From Thermoplasmatota archaeon (GTDB lineage: Archaea; Thermoplasmatota; JASEFT01): a DNA stretch of 46,559 nucleotides. Positions 17,769 to 26,316 of this stretch are shown in pieces. The position numbers and the translations under genes are program-made. How positions within the stretch are numbered: the stretch's first letter is position 1; every line of letters starts with the position of its first letter. The stretch is from assembly GCA_030018475.1 (NCBI GenBank), contig JASEFT010000004.1, forward strand, positions 1 through 46,559, given 5' to 3'. The notes below the pieces were generated by a model. That model saw only the letters and a program-made list of their open reading frames with translations, searched no databases and was not told the origin of the DNA.

Positions 17769-17916
17769 CACTCACAGCCCTTTCTTACTAAGGAGTGGGA
17801 AGCACTCCTTACGTTCCTAGGAATTGCCTTAGGCAATTCCTGCGGATCTTTTTCACAAAAAGAAAGAAACTGACTGGCGTTTTTCTTTTCTCTTCCAGAG
17901 AAAAGAAAAAGGCTGC
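17769..17916 (-). other. tRNA-Ile intron 1 (148 nt, 37/38)
   Basis: hBHBh': CCCGG/CCGGG stem, CUGA/UGAG central helix (one G.G mismatch), bulges UAG and UGA, inner helix CAGCC/GGCUG. The body holds the AGCC-TTTTTCTTTTCTC-loop-GAGAAAAGAAAAA hairpin plus AGGAATTGCC/GGCAATTCCT and TAAGGAGTG/CACTCCTTA hairpins. Confidence 0.8.
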
Positions 17917-17975
17917 TATCAGCCGGGCGCTCCAACCATGCTAAGCTACGGGCCCACGTTAGCAGGTATGTATGC

Positions 17976-17983
17976 TATATATT
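17976..17983 (-). promoter_or_regulatory. TATA box (AATATATA on the minus strand) about 20 nt upstream of the tRNA-Ile 5' end
   Basis: A/T octamer at the expected archaeal promoter distance, directly after the mutL stop codon. Confidence 0.45.
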
Positions 17984-17984
17984 A

Positions 17985-19709
17985 CTAAGTTCTTTTAAAC
18001 ATTCTGTCAAGCTCTTTTCTACTCAGTTCTATAATTGTAGGTCTGCCGTGAGCACATGTATAAGGCTCTTCTAAAGAGCCCAGCTCTTTTATTAATTTCT
18101 CAATTTCTTGAATGCCTAGCTTTTCGTTAGCTTTAATTGCAGATTTACATGCCAATAGCTCTATTAGTTTGCGTCTCGTCCCTTCACCCGCTTCCAATTT
18201 GCCAGCACTTGCAAGTTCGTCAATAACATCTACAAAATCTTCTTTCTTCTTCAATTTTCCTAAGAGAATTGGCACTGTACTTAACTTATACATAGCTCTA
18301 CCGAAATTTTCTATTTTAAAGCCAAGCTCTTCAAATATTCCTAAATTGTTTCTCAGTACAAACTCTTCCTTAGGGTTGAGTTCCAGGACCAAAGGCTCAA
18401 GTAACTCTTGAATCTCAATATTCTCACTTTGAGCTTTCAATTTCTCCAGCATTATTCTTTCATGAGCTGCATGCTGGTCTATAACTAAAATAGCGTTTCG
18501 AGCCTCTGCAACTATAAAACTATCCAAAGCCTGTCCAACAATTCTAAGTTCAGGCAGTTTGCGACCCTCTTTTAAAACAGTAATTCTTTCTTCCTGCAAA
18601 TATTGTGGCTTGATAAGCTTTACACCTTCTTTGGGCAAGTGCGGCAATGGCTTTAGCTCAGGTGCTTTGTAAATTTCACTTATCAGTTTAATTTCTTCTC
18701 TTTTAGGCTCAGGAATTAATTTTTCATGGCTCAATGCTTCCCTAACGCAAGCGACTACAGAACCGTAAATTTCAATTTCATTGCTGAACTTGAGCTGGCT
18801 TTTTGTAGGATGTATGTTCACATCAACTAGTTTGGGATCAATTTTAATAGCCACTACTGCTACTGGGTATCTATCTTTAGTTACCAGTCTGAAATAGGCA
18901 TCTTTAATTGCATCGCTAACTATCCTGCTCGTTATATACCTCCTATTTACATAAATAGATTGGTGCGAAGGAGTAGCTCTTGTAAGCGAAGGTTTTGATA
19001 TATAACCTGAGATTGCAATTGTTTCTGTCTTGTAACTCAAAGGTATCAAAGCTCTTCCATACTCTTTTCCATAAATTGCAGTAATAGTTTCTAGCATGCT
19101 TTTAGAGCTTGGTGAGAATAGAAGCTCTTCATTGTTACTAACTAATTTAAATGTTTTATGGTAATGTATAAGCGCATATCTAGTAACAACATCAATTATA
19201 TGACTCAACTCTATCCTTCTGGATTTCAAGAATTTTCTTCTTACAGGTACATTATAGAATAGATTTTTTACGGTAACAGTTGTGCCAACTGGCGAGCCTA
19301 TATCTTTTGTTTCCTTCGGTTTGCCATATTCTACTGCAATGTAAGTGCCGACTTCGCATTCTTGCGTTTTAGTTACCATTTCCGTAAAACTCACAGATGC
19401 AATACTTGGTAAAGCTTCTCCTCTAAACCCTAAAGTTTCAAGTTTCTCTAAATCTTCTATTTTTTCTAGTTTGCTTGTAGAATGCCTTTCAAAAGCAAGC
19501 TTTGCGTCTTCTCTACTCATTCCGCAACCGTCATCGCGAACCAATATTTTTTTCAGTCCCGCATCTTCTACCTCAATATAAATTTTACTCGCGCCTGCGT
19601 CAAGGGCGTTTTCTACAAGCTCTTTCACGACACTTGCAGGTCTTTCTATAACTTCTCCGGCAGCAATTTTAGAAATTGTCTCGCTATCAAGGATTTTTAT
19701 TTTCTGCAT
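17985..19709 (-). CDS. mutL: DNA mismatch repair protein MutL
   Basis: GHKL ATPase motifs (AGEVIERPASVVKELVENALDAG, DDGCGM), C-terminal dimerisation domain with QHAAHER. Confidence 0.92.
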   Translation of the reverse strand: MQKIKILDSETISKIAAGEVIERPASVVKELVENALDAGASKIYIEVEDAGLKKILVRDDGCGMSREDAKLAFERHSTSKLEKIEDLEKLETLGFRGEALPSIASVSFTEMVTKTQECEVGTYIAVEYGKPKETKDIGSPVGTTVTVKNLFYNVPVRRKFLKSRRIELSHIIDVVTRYALIHYHKTFKLVSNNEELLFSPSSKSMLETITAIYGKEYGRALIPLSYKTETIAISGYISKPSLTRATPSHQSIYVNRRYITSRIVSDAIKDAYFRLVTKDRYPVAVVAIKIDPKLVDVNIHPTKSQLKFSNEIEIYGSVVACVREALSHEKLIPEPKREEIKLISEIYKAPELKPLPHLPKEGVKLIKPQYLQEERITVLKEGRKLPELRIVGQALDSFIVAEARNAILVIDQHAAHERIMLEKLKAQSENIEIQELLEPLVLELNPKEEFVLRNNLGIFEELGFKIENFGRAMYKLSTVPILLGKLKKKEDFVDVIDELASAGKLEAGEGTRRKLIELLACKSAIKANEKLGIQEIEKLIKELGSLEEPYTCAHGRPTIIELSRKELDRMFKRT

Positions 19710-22300
19710 TTCTTTTTTAGCTCCCCAATTTTTATAAGAGCTTCTAAAGGCGTTAGTTTATTAATATCAAGCTCTTTCAACTCTTTGATTACTTCGCTAT
19801 CTTCGCTACTAAGTGAAGGTAGTATAAGCTGGGTATATCTAGGAGAAATAGTCCTTATTTTTTTATCTTCGCTAACAACATCTATCATACTTTCATACTC
19901 TAATTTTTTTAATATCTCTTCAGCATGCTTTACTAATTCTTTAGGTAAGCCTGCAAGCGCAGCTACCTTTACTCCATAACTTTTATTTGTACCTCCTGGT
20001 ATGAGCTTTCTCAGAAATATTATTTCGTCTTTCTCTTCTTTAACTGCAATATTGTAATTCACTACGCCATGGAGAACTTCTGCAAGCTCTGTTAAATGAT
20101 GATAATGTGTGGCGAACATTGTTTTTGCACCTATTTTTTTGCTATGAATATACTCCGCAACAGCCCATGCAATGCTCAAGCCATCAAAAGTACTAGTTCC
20201 TCTACCTATCTCGTCAAGTAGAATCAAAGATTTAGAAGTTGCATTCTTTAAAATATTAGCAACTTCTGTCATTTCTACCATGAAAGTAGATTGCCCTCTA
20301 ACTAAATCATCGAAAGCGCCAACCCTTGTGAATATTCTGTCCACAATTCCAATGCTGGCATATTTAGCAGGAACGAAACTACCTATCTGCGCAAGTAAAG
20401 TTATAAGAGCTACCTGGCGCATGTATGTAGATTTTCCAGACATGTTAGGCCCCGTGATAATCATCATTTTGTTCCCTCTGCAATCTAGCAAAGTATCATT
20501 AGGTACAAAGCTCTGAGTAGCACGCTCCACTACAGGATGTCTTCCATCTACAATTTTAATAATATCATCTTCGGTAATCTCAGGCTTGGTATAATTATTT
20601 GCAACTGCAGTAACTGCTAAAGAGTAAATAGTATCTATTACCCCGACAGCTTTTGCAGTCTCTAACACTCTATTAGCTTGCTCTGCTATACTTTTACGCA
20701 CTTTCTGAAAAAGCTCAGCTTCTAAATTTTTCACACGCTCTTCTGCAGTTATTATGAGGGCTTCTTTCGCCTTTAGCTCTTCAGTTGTAAATCTTTCTGC
20801 GTTAGCTAGAGTTTGCTTTCTAATATAATCTTGAGGCACTAATTTTAAATTAGCCCTACTCACTTCAATATAATATCCGAAAATACTTGTATAGCCCACT
20901 TTAAGCGATTTTATGCCTGTTCTTGCTCTTTCCCTTGCTTCTAGCGTGGTTATCCAATTCTTGCCTCCTTGAAGCTCGTTCCTTAAGCTATCAAGCTCTT
21001 TATCATAACCTTTTCTGATAATACCAATTACTTCTTTGATGTGCGTGGGGGGCTCTTCAACGATAGCATTTTCTATAAGCTCAGCAATATCTTCAAGGCT
21101 ATCTATTCGCTCAGCTAACTCCTTTAGAATGCTAACCGCCAATAAATTATCAGGAATGCTAAGAACGAGCTTTTTCAGCTCTTTCGAAAACTTAACTGAG
21201 TTTTTTAAGTTTATAATATCTCTAGGAGTAGCATTACCGTAAGAAATTCTAGTGATGAGCCTCTCTAAATCTTTTATTTTGCTCAACCGCTCTTCTAAAT
21301 CCTTTCTTAAAAAAATATCTTTAACTAAAATTTCAACTGCATTCAAACGCTTTATGATTTCAGATTTGTCTATTAAAGGACAGAGAAGCCACCTTCTTAG
21401 AGTTCTTGCACCCATTCCTGTGAGAGTGCTATCTAAAACAGCAACTAACGTATTATTCTCGCTGCCGTCGCGCACATTTTGCAAAAGCTCTAAATTCCTT
21501 GCTGTGGTAGCGTCTAGCCCCATGTATTGAGTTGATAAATAATGTTTTATTTTAGCGATATGTGGAATTGATTTTTGAGTCTCTTCTAAATATGAAAGTA
21601 CAGCTCCTGAAGCTCTTATAGCAAGCTCCAGATTCTCAATTTCCAAAATCTCTCCTTTAAAAAGCTCTTTTAGCTTTCTTAGCGCTTTCTCATACTCAAA
21701 TTCTTTCTCAGAATATTCTGTTATGTATATGCTACGAGCTACGAAAAGCTCCTTCAACTTACTGTTCTCAATTATTGTGTGAGGTGCTATAACCTCAGAG
21801 GGCTTAAATCTAGAAATCTCAGAGCTTAGCTTCTCATAGCTACTATCTAGCTCTAGTTGAGTAGTTAGAAACTCGCCTGTAGAAATATCTACGAAAGCGA
21901 CTCCTAAACCATTATTAGATCCCACCATCGCCATCAAATAGTTATTAGCTTTCTCTGACAGTATAGAATCTTCAAGTATCGTCCCTGGCGTAATTACTCT
22001 AACTACATCTCTTTTAACGACTCCTTTCGCTAGTTTAGGATCTTCTAACTGCTCACAAATAGCTACTTTATAGCCTTTTCTAACAAGTCTATTGAGGTAG
22101 GCATCGAGCGCATGATAAGGCACGCCTGCTAAAGGCGCATTTTCACGAGATGTTAATACAATATTAAGCTCTTTTGAAACGAGCTGAGCATCTTCATAAA
22201 AAGTTTCGTAGAAATCACCAACTCTAAACAATAATATTGTATTTGGATATTTCTGCTTGATCGCTTGATATTGCGCCATCATAGGCGTAAGCTTTACCAA
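19697..22300 (-). CDS. mutS: DNA mismatch repair protein MutS
   Basis: TPMMAQY N-terminus, Walker A GPNMSGKST, DEIGRGTST, TH(Y/F)H motifs; overlaps mutL by 13 nt. Confidence 0.92.
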   Translation of the reverse strand: MVKLTPMMAQYQAIKQKYPNTILLFRVGDFYETFYEDAQLVSKELNIVLTSRENAPLAGVPYHALDAYLNRLVRKGYKVAICEQLEDPKLAKGVVKRDVVRVITPGTILEDSILSEKANNYLMAMVGSNNGLGVAFVDISTGEFLTTQLELDSSYEKLSSEISRFKPSEVIAPHTIIENSKLKELFVARSIYITEYSEKEFEYEKALRKLKELFKGEILEIENLELAIRASGAVLSYLEETQKSIPHIAKIKHYLSTQYMGLDATTARNLELLQNVRDGSENNTLVAVLDSTLTGMGARTLRRWLLCPLIDKSEIIKRLNAVEILVKDIFLRKDLEERLSKIKDLERLITRISYGNATPRDIINLKNSVKFSKELKKLVLSIPDNLLAVSILKELAERIDSLEDIAELIENAIVEEPPTHIKEVIGIIRKGYDKELDSLRNELQGGKNWITTLEARERARTGIKSLKVGYTSIFGYYIEVSRANLKLVPQDYIRKQTLANAERFTTEELKAKEALIITAEERVKNLEAELFQKVRKSIAEQANRVLETAKAVGVIDTIYSLAVTAVANNYTKPEITEDDIIKIVDGRHPVVERATQSFVPNDTLLDCRGNKMMIITGPNMSGKSTYMRQVALITLLAQIGSFVPAKYASIGIVDRIFTRVGAFDDLVRGQSTFMVEMTEVANILKNATSKSLILLDEIGRGTSTFDGLSIAWAVAEYIHSKKIGAKTMFATHYHHLTELAEVLHGVVNYNIAVKEEKDEIIFLRKLIPGGTNKSYGVKVAALAGLPKELVKHAEEILKKLEYESMIDVVSEDKKIRTISPRYTQLILPSLSSEDSEVIKELKELDINKLTPLEALIKIGELKKKCRK

Positions 22301-22757
22301 ATTATACTCCTACCCACTACCTATTCCAAAATAGATTTGAGAGTATTTATTGTTTAAGGATATTAACTACTAGAAAGCCACTCAAGCGCTATGGCTACAG
22401 TTGCGGAGAAGAACTTGCAAAAAGAATCGATATTGTTTGTAGTAGCGCATACATTATAAAAAGGAGAGCTATAGTCACTCACAGCTTTAAAGGTCTTGTG
22501 ATTACGAGGTCTAAGTCTGAAGATCTTACAAATTTAGAAGTAGCTAACGGAGTTAGCCCTACTGAGTTGTCAAGATTATATTACGAACTTGTAAACTTAG
22601 ATTTTTACAGCTGACTAGGGATCAAGTAACTGTGAGCGAATCAATACTACTATTACCTGTAAATCCTGCTATAGTGGAGGAAAAGGAACTGAGAATAACA
22701 GAGAGCGAGCTGAAGGTTATTGGAGTAGTTTACTTAAACTCAGCGGATAAACTCACC

Positions 22758-22796
22758 TAAAAAGCCGGTCAAAAAGGACTTCGTCGCTGAGTTTAC
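22758..22796 (-). repeat. 39-nt post-stop element, copy 1 (GTAAACTCAGCGACGAAGTCCTTTTTGACCGGCTTTTTA)
   Basis: 35/39 identical to 43867-43905. Begins one base before the TAA stop of yjbQ. Contains two T5 tracts. Confidence 0.6.
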
Positions 22797-23209
22797 TCTC
22801 CTATAATTTGAACTTCTATTCTTCGCTCTCTTGCACGAACATCAAGCTCAATAAAAACAATCTGTTGCCATGTGCCTAAAGTCAATTTGCCGTTCTTTAC
22901 AGGTATTGTTAGACTAGGCCCTATAAAAGAAGCTCTTACATGGCTATGCCCGTTATAATCGTGCCATGTCTCGTGATGCTTGTACTCTATATCTCTAGGA
23001 AAAAGTCTCTCGAGCGCTTTAGGTAAGTCTTTAAGTAACCCTGGCTCGTATTCTAAAGTAGTCAGAGCGCCTGTAGAGCCAGGCACGAAAAGCACGAGAA
23101 TACCTTTTTTTAGTTTAGCTTTCTCTATAAGCGAGGAGACTTTTTCAGTTAAATCTATAATTTCAATCTCGCCTTTGGTTTTTATAACAATTTCGTCGCT
23201 TACAATCAT
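22793..23209 (-). CDS. YjbQ/UPF0047 family protein (secondary thiamine-phosphate synthase-like)
   Basis: GSTGALTTLEYEPGL, NGHSH, LGTWQQI(V)F.ELD motifs. Confidence 0.8.
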   Translation of the reverse strand: MIVSDEIVIKTKGEIEIIDLTEKVSSLIEKAKLKKGILVLFVPGSTGALTTLEYEPGLLKDLPKALERLFPRDIEYKHHETWHDYNGHSHVRASFIGPSLTIPVKNGKLTLGTWQQIVFIELDVRARERRIEVQIIGE

Positions 23210-23463
23210 TTTTTCTTTCGTCCCTTCTCCTCCCTTTCTTTCATTTTCTTTTCGAAATACAATCTAACCCTTTCTAATCTTTTAATTTTAGTCCTTAGAT
23301 TGCTTGCTTTCAGCGCCAGCGCTTTTTTTCTACGTTCTATCTCCGCTTTTATAACTTTGCCTTTGTATTTATCCTCTAGCTTATCAGCTTTCTCCTCCAG
23401 CTTGCCAATTTTAACCTCTAACTTCTTAATAATTTTACCTATCTTTTCTATTTTTCCTATCAT
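23206..23463 (-). CDS. small Lys/Glu-rich coiled-coil protein, unknown function
   Basis: 85-aa ORF translationally coupled (4-nt overlaps) to both neighbours; heptad-like KLE repeats. Confidence 0.4.
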   Translation of the reverse strand: MIGKIEKIGKIIKKLEVKIGKLEEKADKLEDKYKGKVIKAEIERRKKALALKASNLRTKIKRLERVRLYFEKKMKEREEKGRKKK

Positions 23464-24311
23464 TTACTCCACAACTCCTTTCTACGAGCTTCGAGCATGT
23501 TTAATGCTACTCCTAAATACTCAGCGCACGATTTCACATTACCTTTAGCATACACTCTGCTTAAAAGCTCTTTGTACCTTAAATCCCTCAGTAAATGGTG
23601 GTCCAGAATTATTTCGCAGTTCAGCTCTTTTATTATTCTAAGTAAGTTTTCTATAGCTACTTCTAAATTCTTGTAGCTGAACTTCCAGCCCAAAAATAGC
23701 GTTGGTGGGCCATCGACATAAAGCAAATCCGGCTTTTCTTTAATTATATACTCACAGCATTGCTTGCTTACAGGGCCTTGCACATCAGAAGTGTACAGGA
23801 ACTTAAATTTGTTATTCTCTTCTATGGAAGTCATCAACACAAAACCGAGTCTTGTCCTTTCTACGCCATGATAGAAAGGCTCTGAGAATTTTATTTTAAG
23901 ATTTTTAAATTCAAACTCTTGCGAATCGCAATAAACGAGTTTGCATTTCTCAATTACTCGCTCTTCAAAATATTTGCCTCTCTCTTTCTGGCTAAGATTT
24001 ATGTTTTCCAATCTATTTTTGGCGAATACCTTTTTGCCTTTGTAAAAATCGCTGTTTGGGTCGTGATGATCGTAATGATAATGTGAGATTATCAAAACAT
24101 CGCAGAGCTTTGCAACCCTGTCAATTTCTTGATATGCTTTGTCTAAAGCTTGCCATTCTTCTTTTGCAGGCGGCAAGCCGTAGCGTGAAGGTCCCAAAGC
24201 AGCGCCTGGATCAATGAAAATTTTCAATTCTTTTGTTTCTACATAGGTAGCCATTGAGCGCACTCCTAGGGAATCGGCAGCTATGGGTATGACTTTCATC
24301 TGAGTTAGCAA
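23460..24311 (-). CDS. MBL-fold metallo-hydrolase
   Basis: SHYHYDHH metal-binding motif, 283 aa. Confidence 0.7.
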   Translation of the reverse strand: MLTQMKVIPIAADSLGVRSMATYVETKELKIFIDPGAALGPSRYGLPPAKEEWQALDKAYQEIDRVAKLCDVLIISHYHYDHHDPNSDFYKGKKVFAKNRLENINLSQKERGKYFEERVIEKCKLVYCDSQEFEFKNLKIKFSEPFYHGVERTRLGFVLMTSIEENNKFKFLYTSDVQGPVSKQCCEYIIKEKPDLLYVDGPPTLFLGWKFSYKNLEVAIENLLRIIKELNCEIILDHHLLRDLRYKELLSRVYAKGNVKSCAEYLGVALNMLEARRKELWSK

Positions 24312-24603
24312 AAGTATTAGGGCGATAAAAATATATCGAACTCGTAAGAAAAATTAGTGAAAAAATTAAACTTTCAATTTTTAACTAGTAATCAGAATTT
24401 TTGCTCAGGCTGGCGAATTGCGAGCAAAACGCTTTGAATGATTTTTTTCTACTTACAATGACGAGGGGGTTGTAGAGGATTGGAGTTAATTGAAGTGGTT
24501 GGTTGATAGAAAGGCGGGAGTTTGAGCAAAGAGAATAAAAAATATTTGCGTGATGACGGGGGAGAGTTTCTCAAAACAGAGTCGGAGAACTTGTTAAATC
24601 ATC

Positions 24604-25074
24604 TCAATGAGCAACGTCTATCTTATAATCAATCATCTTTTCAAACTTCTCACTAAAATAGAATCTTCCTACAAATTTTTTGCGCTTTAAAAGTAAAGGC
24701 ACCCAAATTCTATCATCTTCCCACATCTCATCGTATGGTAAATTATCTTCGTCAAACCATTTCAATTCGCCTTCAAAATAATTATTTTTTAATTTTCTGC
24801 TAAAATCTGTTGTAAGAAAAACATAAACTATCCAGCAGGGCGTTTCGTTCTCATCAGTATAAAAAATCAATTTTCCAATTTTTTCTAGTTTATTTACTCT
24901 GAGCCCCGTCTCCTCAAAAACTTCTCGAACAGCACATTTTTCAGGAAGTTCATTTTCTTTTAGTTTTCCGCCTGGCGCATTCCATTTTCCACTACCAAAT
25001 AATCCTTTGGATTTTTTCTGAAGTAATATTTTATTATCTTTTTTAATGTAACAAAGGGTCGCGAAAGTTGTCAT
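24604..25074 (-). CDS. NUDIX hydrolase (MutT-like)
   Basis: Nudix box GGKLKENELPEKCAVREVFEETGL. Confidence 0.8.
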   Translation of the reverse strand: MTTFATLCYIKKDNKILLQKKSKGLFGSGKWNAPGGKLKENELPEKCAVREVFEETGLRVNKLEKIGKLIFYTDENETPCWIVYVFLTTDFSRKLKNNYFEGELKWFDEDNLPYDEMWEDDRIWVPLLLKRKKFVGRFYFSEKFEKMIDYKIDVAH

Positions 25075-25326
25075 GGAAGACTCATATATCGACAGATTGC
25101 CTTAGAAAGAGATAAAACTTTCAGAGCGAAAAGCGATAGTAAAGCACATTCTCACTAACGTCTAAAACAAATTCGTAAGTGTGCGTACTGTACGGTACAC
25201 GCAACTAATAAAAATATCCAAATGCTACAATAGAAAATGTCGCGCTTCCCAGAAAATAAAGCGCTCTAAGGTGGGCTCTGAGAGAAGCGCAATAGATTTA
25301 TTTTGTTAAAACGTTATTGTACCAAT

Positions 25327-26298
25327 ATGCTTCAAGGCGCGCTAAACGTATTAAAAGTAGTATTGAGTTTAAGTGAGAATGAAAAAGTGCTCGTAATTAC
25401 GGATGAGAAGAAAAAAGAGATAGGGCAGACTTTTTGTGAAGCTTCTGAGAAATTGGGTGCGAGCGCTAAGATTTATATTATTCCTGAGAAGTTGCGCCCT
25501 CTCAAAGAATTGCCTAAGGAGCTGAGCGCGCTTATTCCCAATAACGATGTAATAGTGAACGCATTTGAAGGTTTTGCAGAAGAGACCCCTTTCAGAATAA
25601 AGTTAATAAAAGCTGAGATTGCAACAACTGCTAGAGTAGGTCATGCGCCCGGTATAACAAAAGAGATGATGCTAGGTGCTATGGGCGCTGATTACCAAAA
25701 AATTGCTGAAAATGTCGATGCTGTAATAAAAAAATTTAAAAATGCAGAAGAAGTTCACATTACAGCGCCAAGCGGTACAGATATTGTTTTGAATATAGCC
25801 GGCAGAGCATTTGAGAGTGATGTAAAAATCAAGCCAAGTACTTTTGGCAATTTGCCTGCAGGCGAAATATGGTGCGCGCCAGTAGAGGATAAAGCTAATG
25901 GTATTCTCGTTTGCGATGGTAGTATCGGTGATTTAGGGCGGGTAAAAAATAAACTGAGAATAGAGGTGAGAGGCGGCAAAATTGCAGCTCTTGAGAGCGA
26001 GGACAGAGCACTCGTTGATAGGGTGAGAGAGCTAACTTCTATTGATGACGAGGCAAGCGTTATTGGCGAGCTCGGTATCGGTTTAAATCCTAAAGCAAAG
26101 CTTTCCGGAATTTTGCTAGAGGATGAGAAGGCAGGCGGCACTGCTCATATTGCTTTCGGCAATAACGAGAACATGCCTGGCGGTAGAAACAAATCAAAAA
26201 CACATAGAGATTTCCTTTTCTACAAACCTACTTTTGAAGTGCGTGATAAGAGCGGAGAGAAGAAGATTATAATAAAAGACGGTACGATTAGTTTTTAG
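25327..26298 (+). CDS. M29-family aminopeptidase (AmpS/PepS-like)
   Basis: PAGEIWCAPVE, GGTAHIAFGNN, HRDF motifs. ATG at 25327 preferred over the TTG at 25303. Confidence 0.75.
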   Translation: MLQGALNVLKVVLSLSENEKVLVITDEKKKEIGQTFCEASEKLGASAKIYIIPEKLRPLKELPKELSALIPNNDVIVNAFEGFAEETPFRIKLIKAEIATTARVGHAPGITKEMMLGAMGADYQKIAENVDAVIKKFKNAEEVHITAPSGTDIVLNIAGRAFESDVKIKPSTFGNLPAGEIWCAPVEDKANGILVCDGSIGDLGRVKNKLRIEVRGGKIAALESEDRALVDRVRELTSIDDEASVIGELGIGLNPKAKLSGILLEDEKAGGTAHIAFGNNENMPGGRNKSKTHRDFLFYKPTFEVRDKSGEKKIIIKDGTISF

Positions 26299-26316
26299 TA
26301 AATCGAGTAACCACTC

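Larger units (their letters stand above)
17682..17955 (-). tRNA. tRNA-Ile(GAU) interrupted by two introns (37/38 and T-loop ~59/60)
   Basis: Exons give GGGCCCG-TA-GCTT-AGCATGGTTG-GAGC-G-CCCGG-CTGATAA-CCGGG-AGGTC-ATGAG-TTCGAAT-CTCAT-CGGGCCC-A, a near-canonical archaeal tRNA-Ile. Confidence 0.9.

Noticed and set aside
23206-23300. Long polypyrimidine run (TTTTCTTTCGTCCCTTCTCCTCCCTTTCTTTCATTTTCTTTTCG). Similar purine runs occur at 41720-41800 and 13400-13425.
   Set aside because: All lie inside coding sequence for Lys/Glu/Arg-rich protein tails (the coiled-coil ORF, the DnaK C-terminus, the MoaC C-terminus). None has a hairpin partner or a mirror tract.
24540-24600. GTGATGA (C-box-like) in the 290-bp spacer upstream of the NUDIX gene, possibly a C/D-box sRNA. 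A similar AATGATGA occurs on the minus strand near 41990.
   Set aside because: No CUGA D box lies at the expected 40-60 nt distance, and there are no terminal complementary ends.
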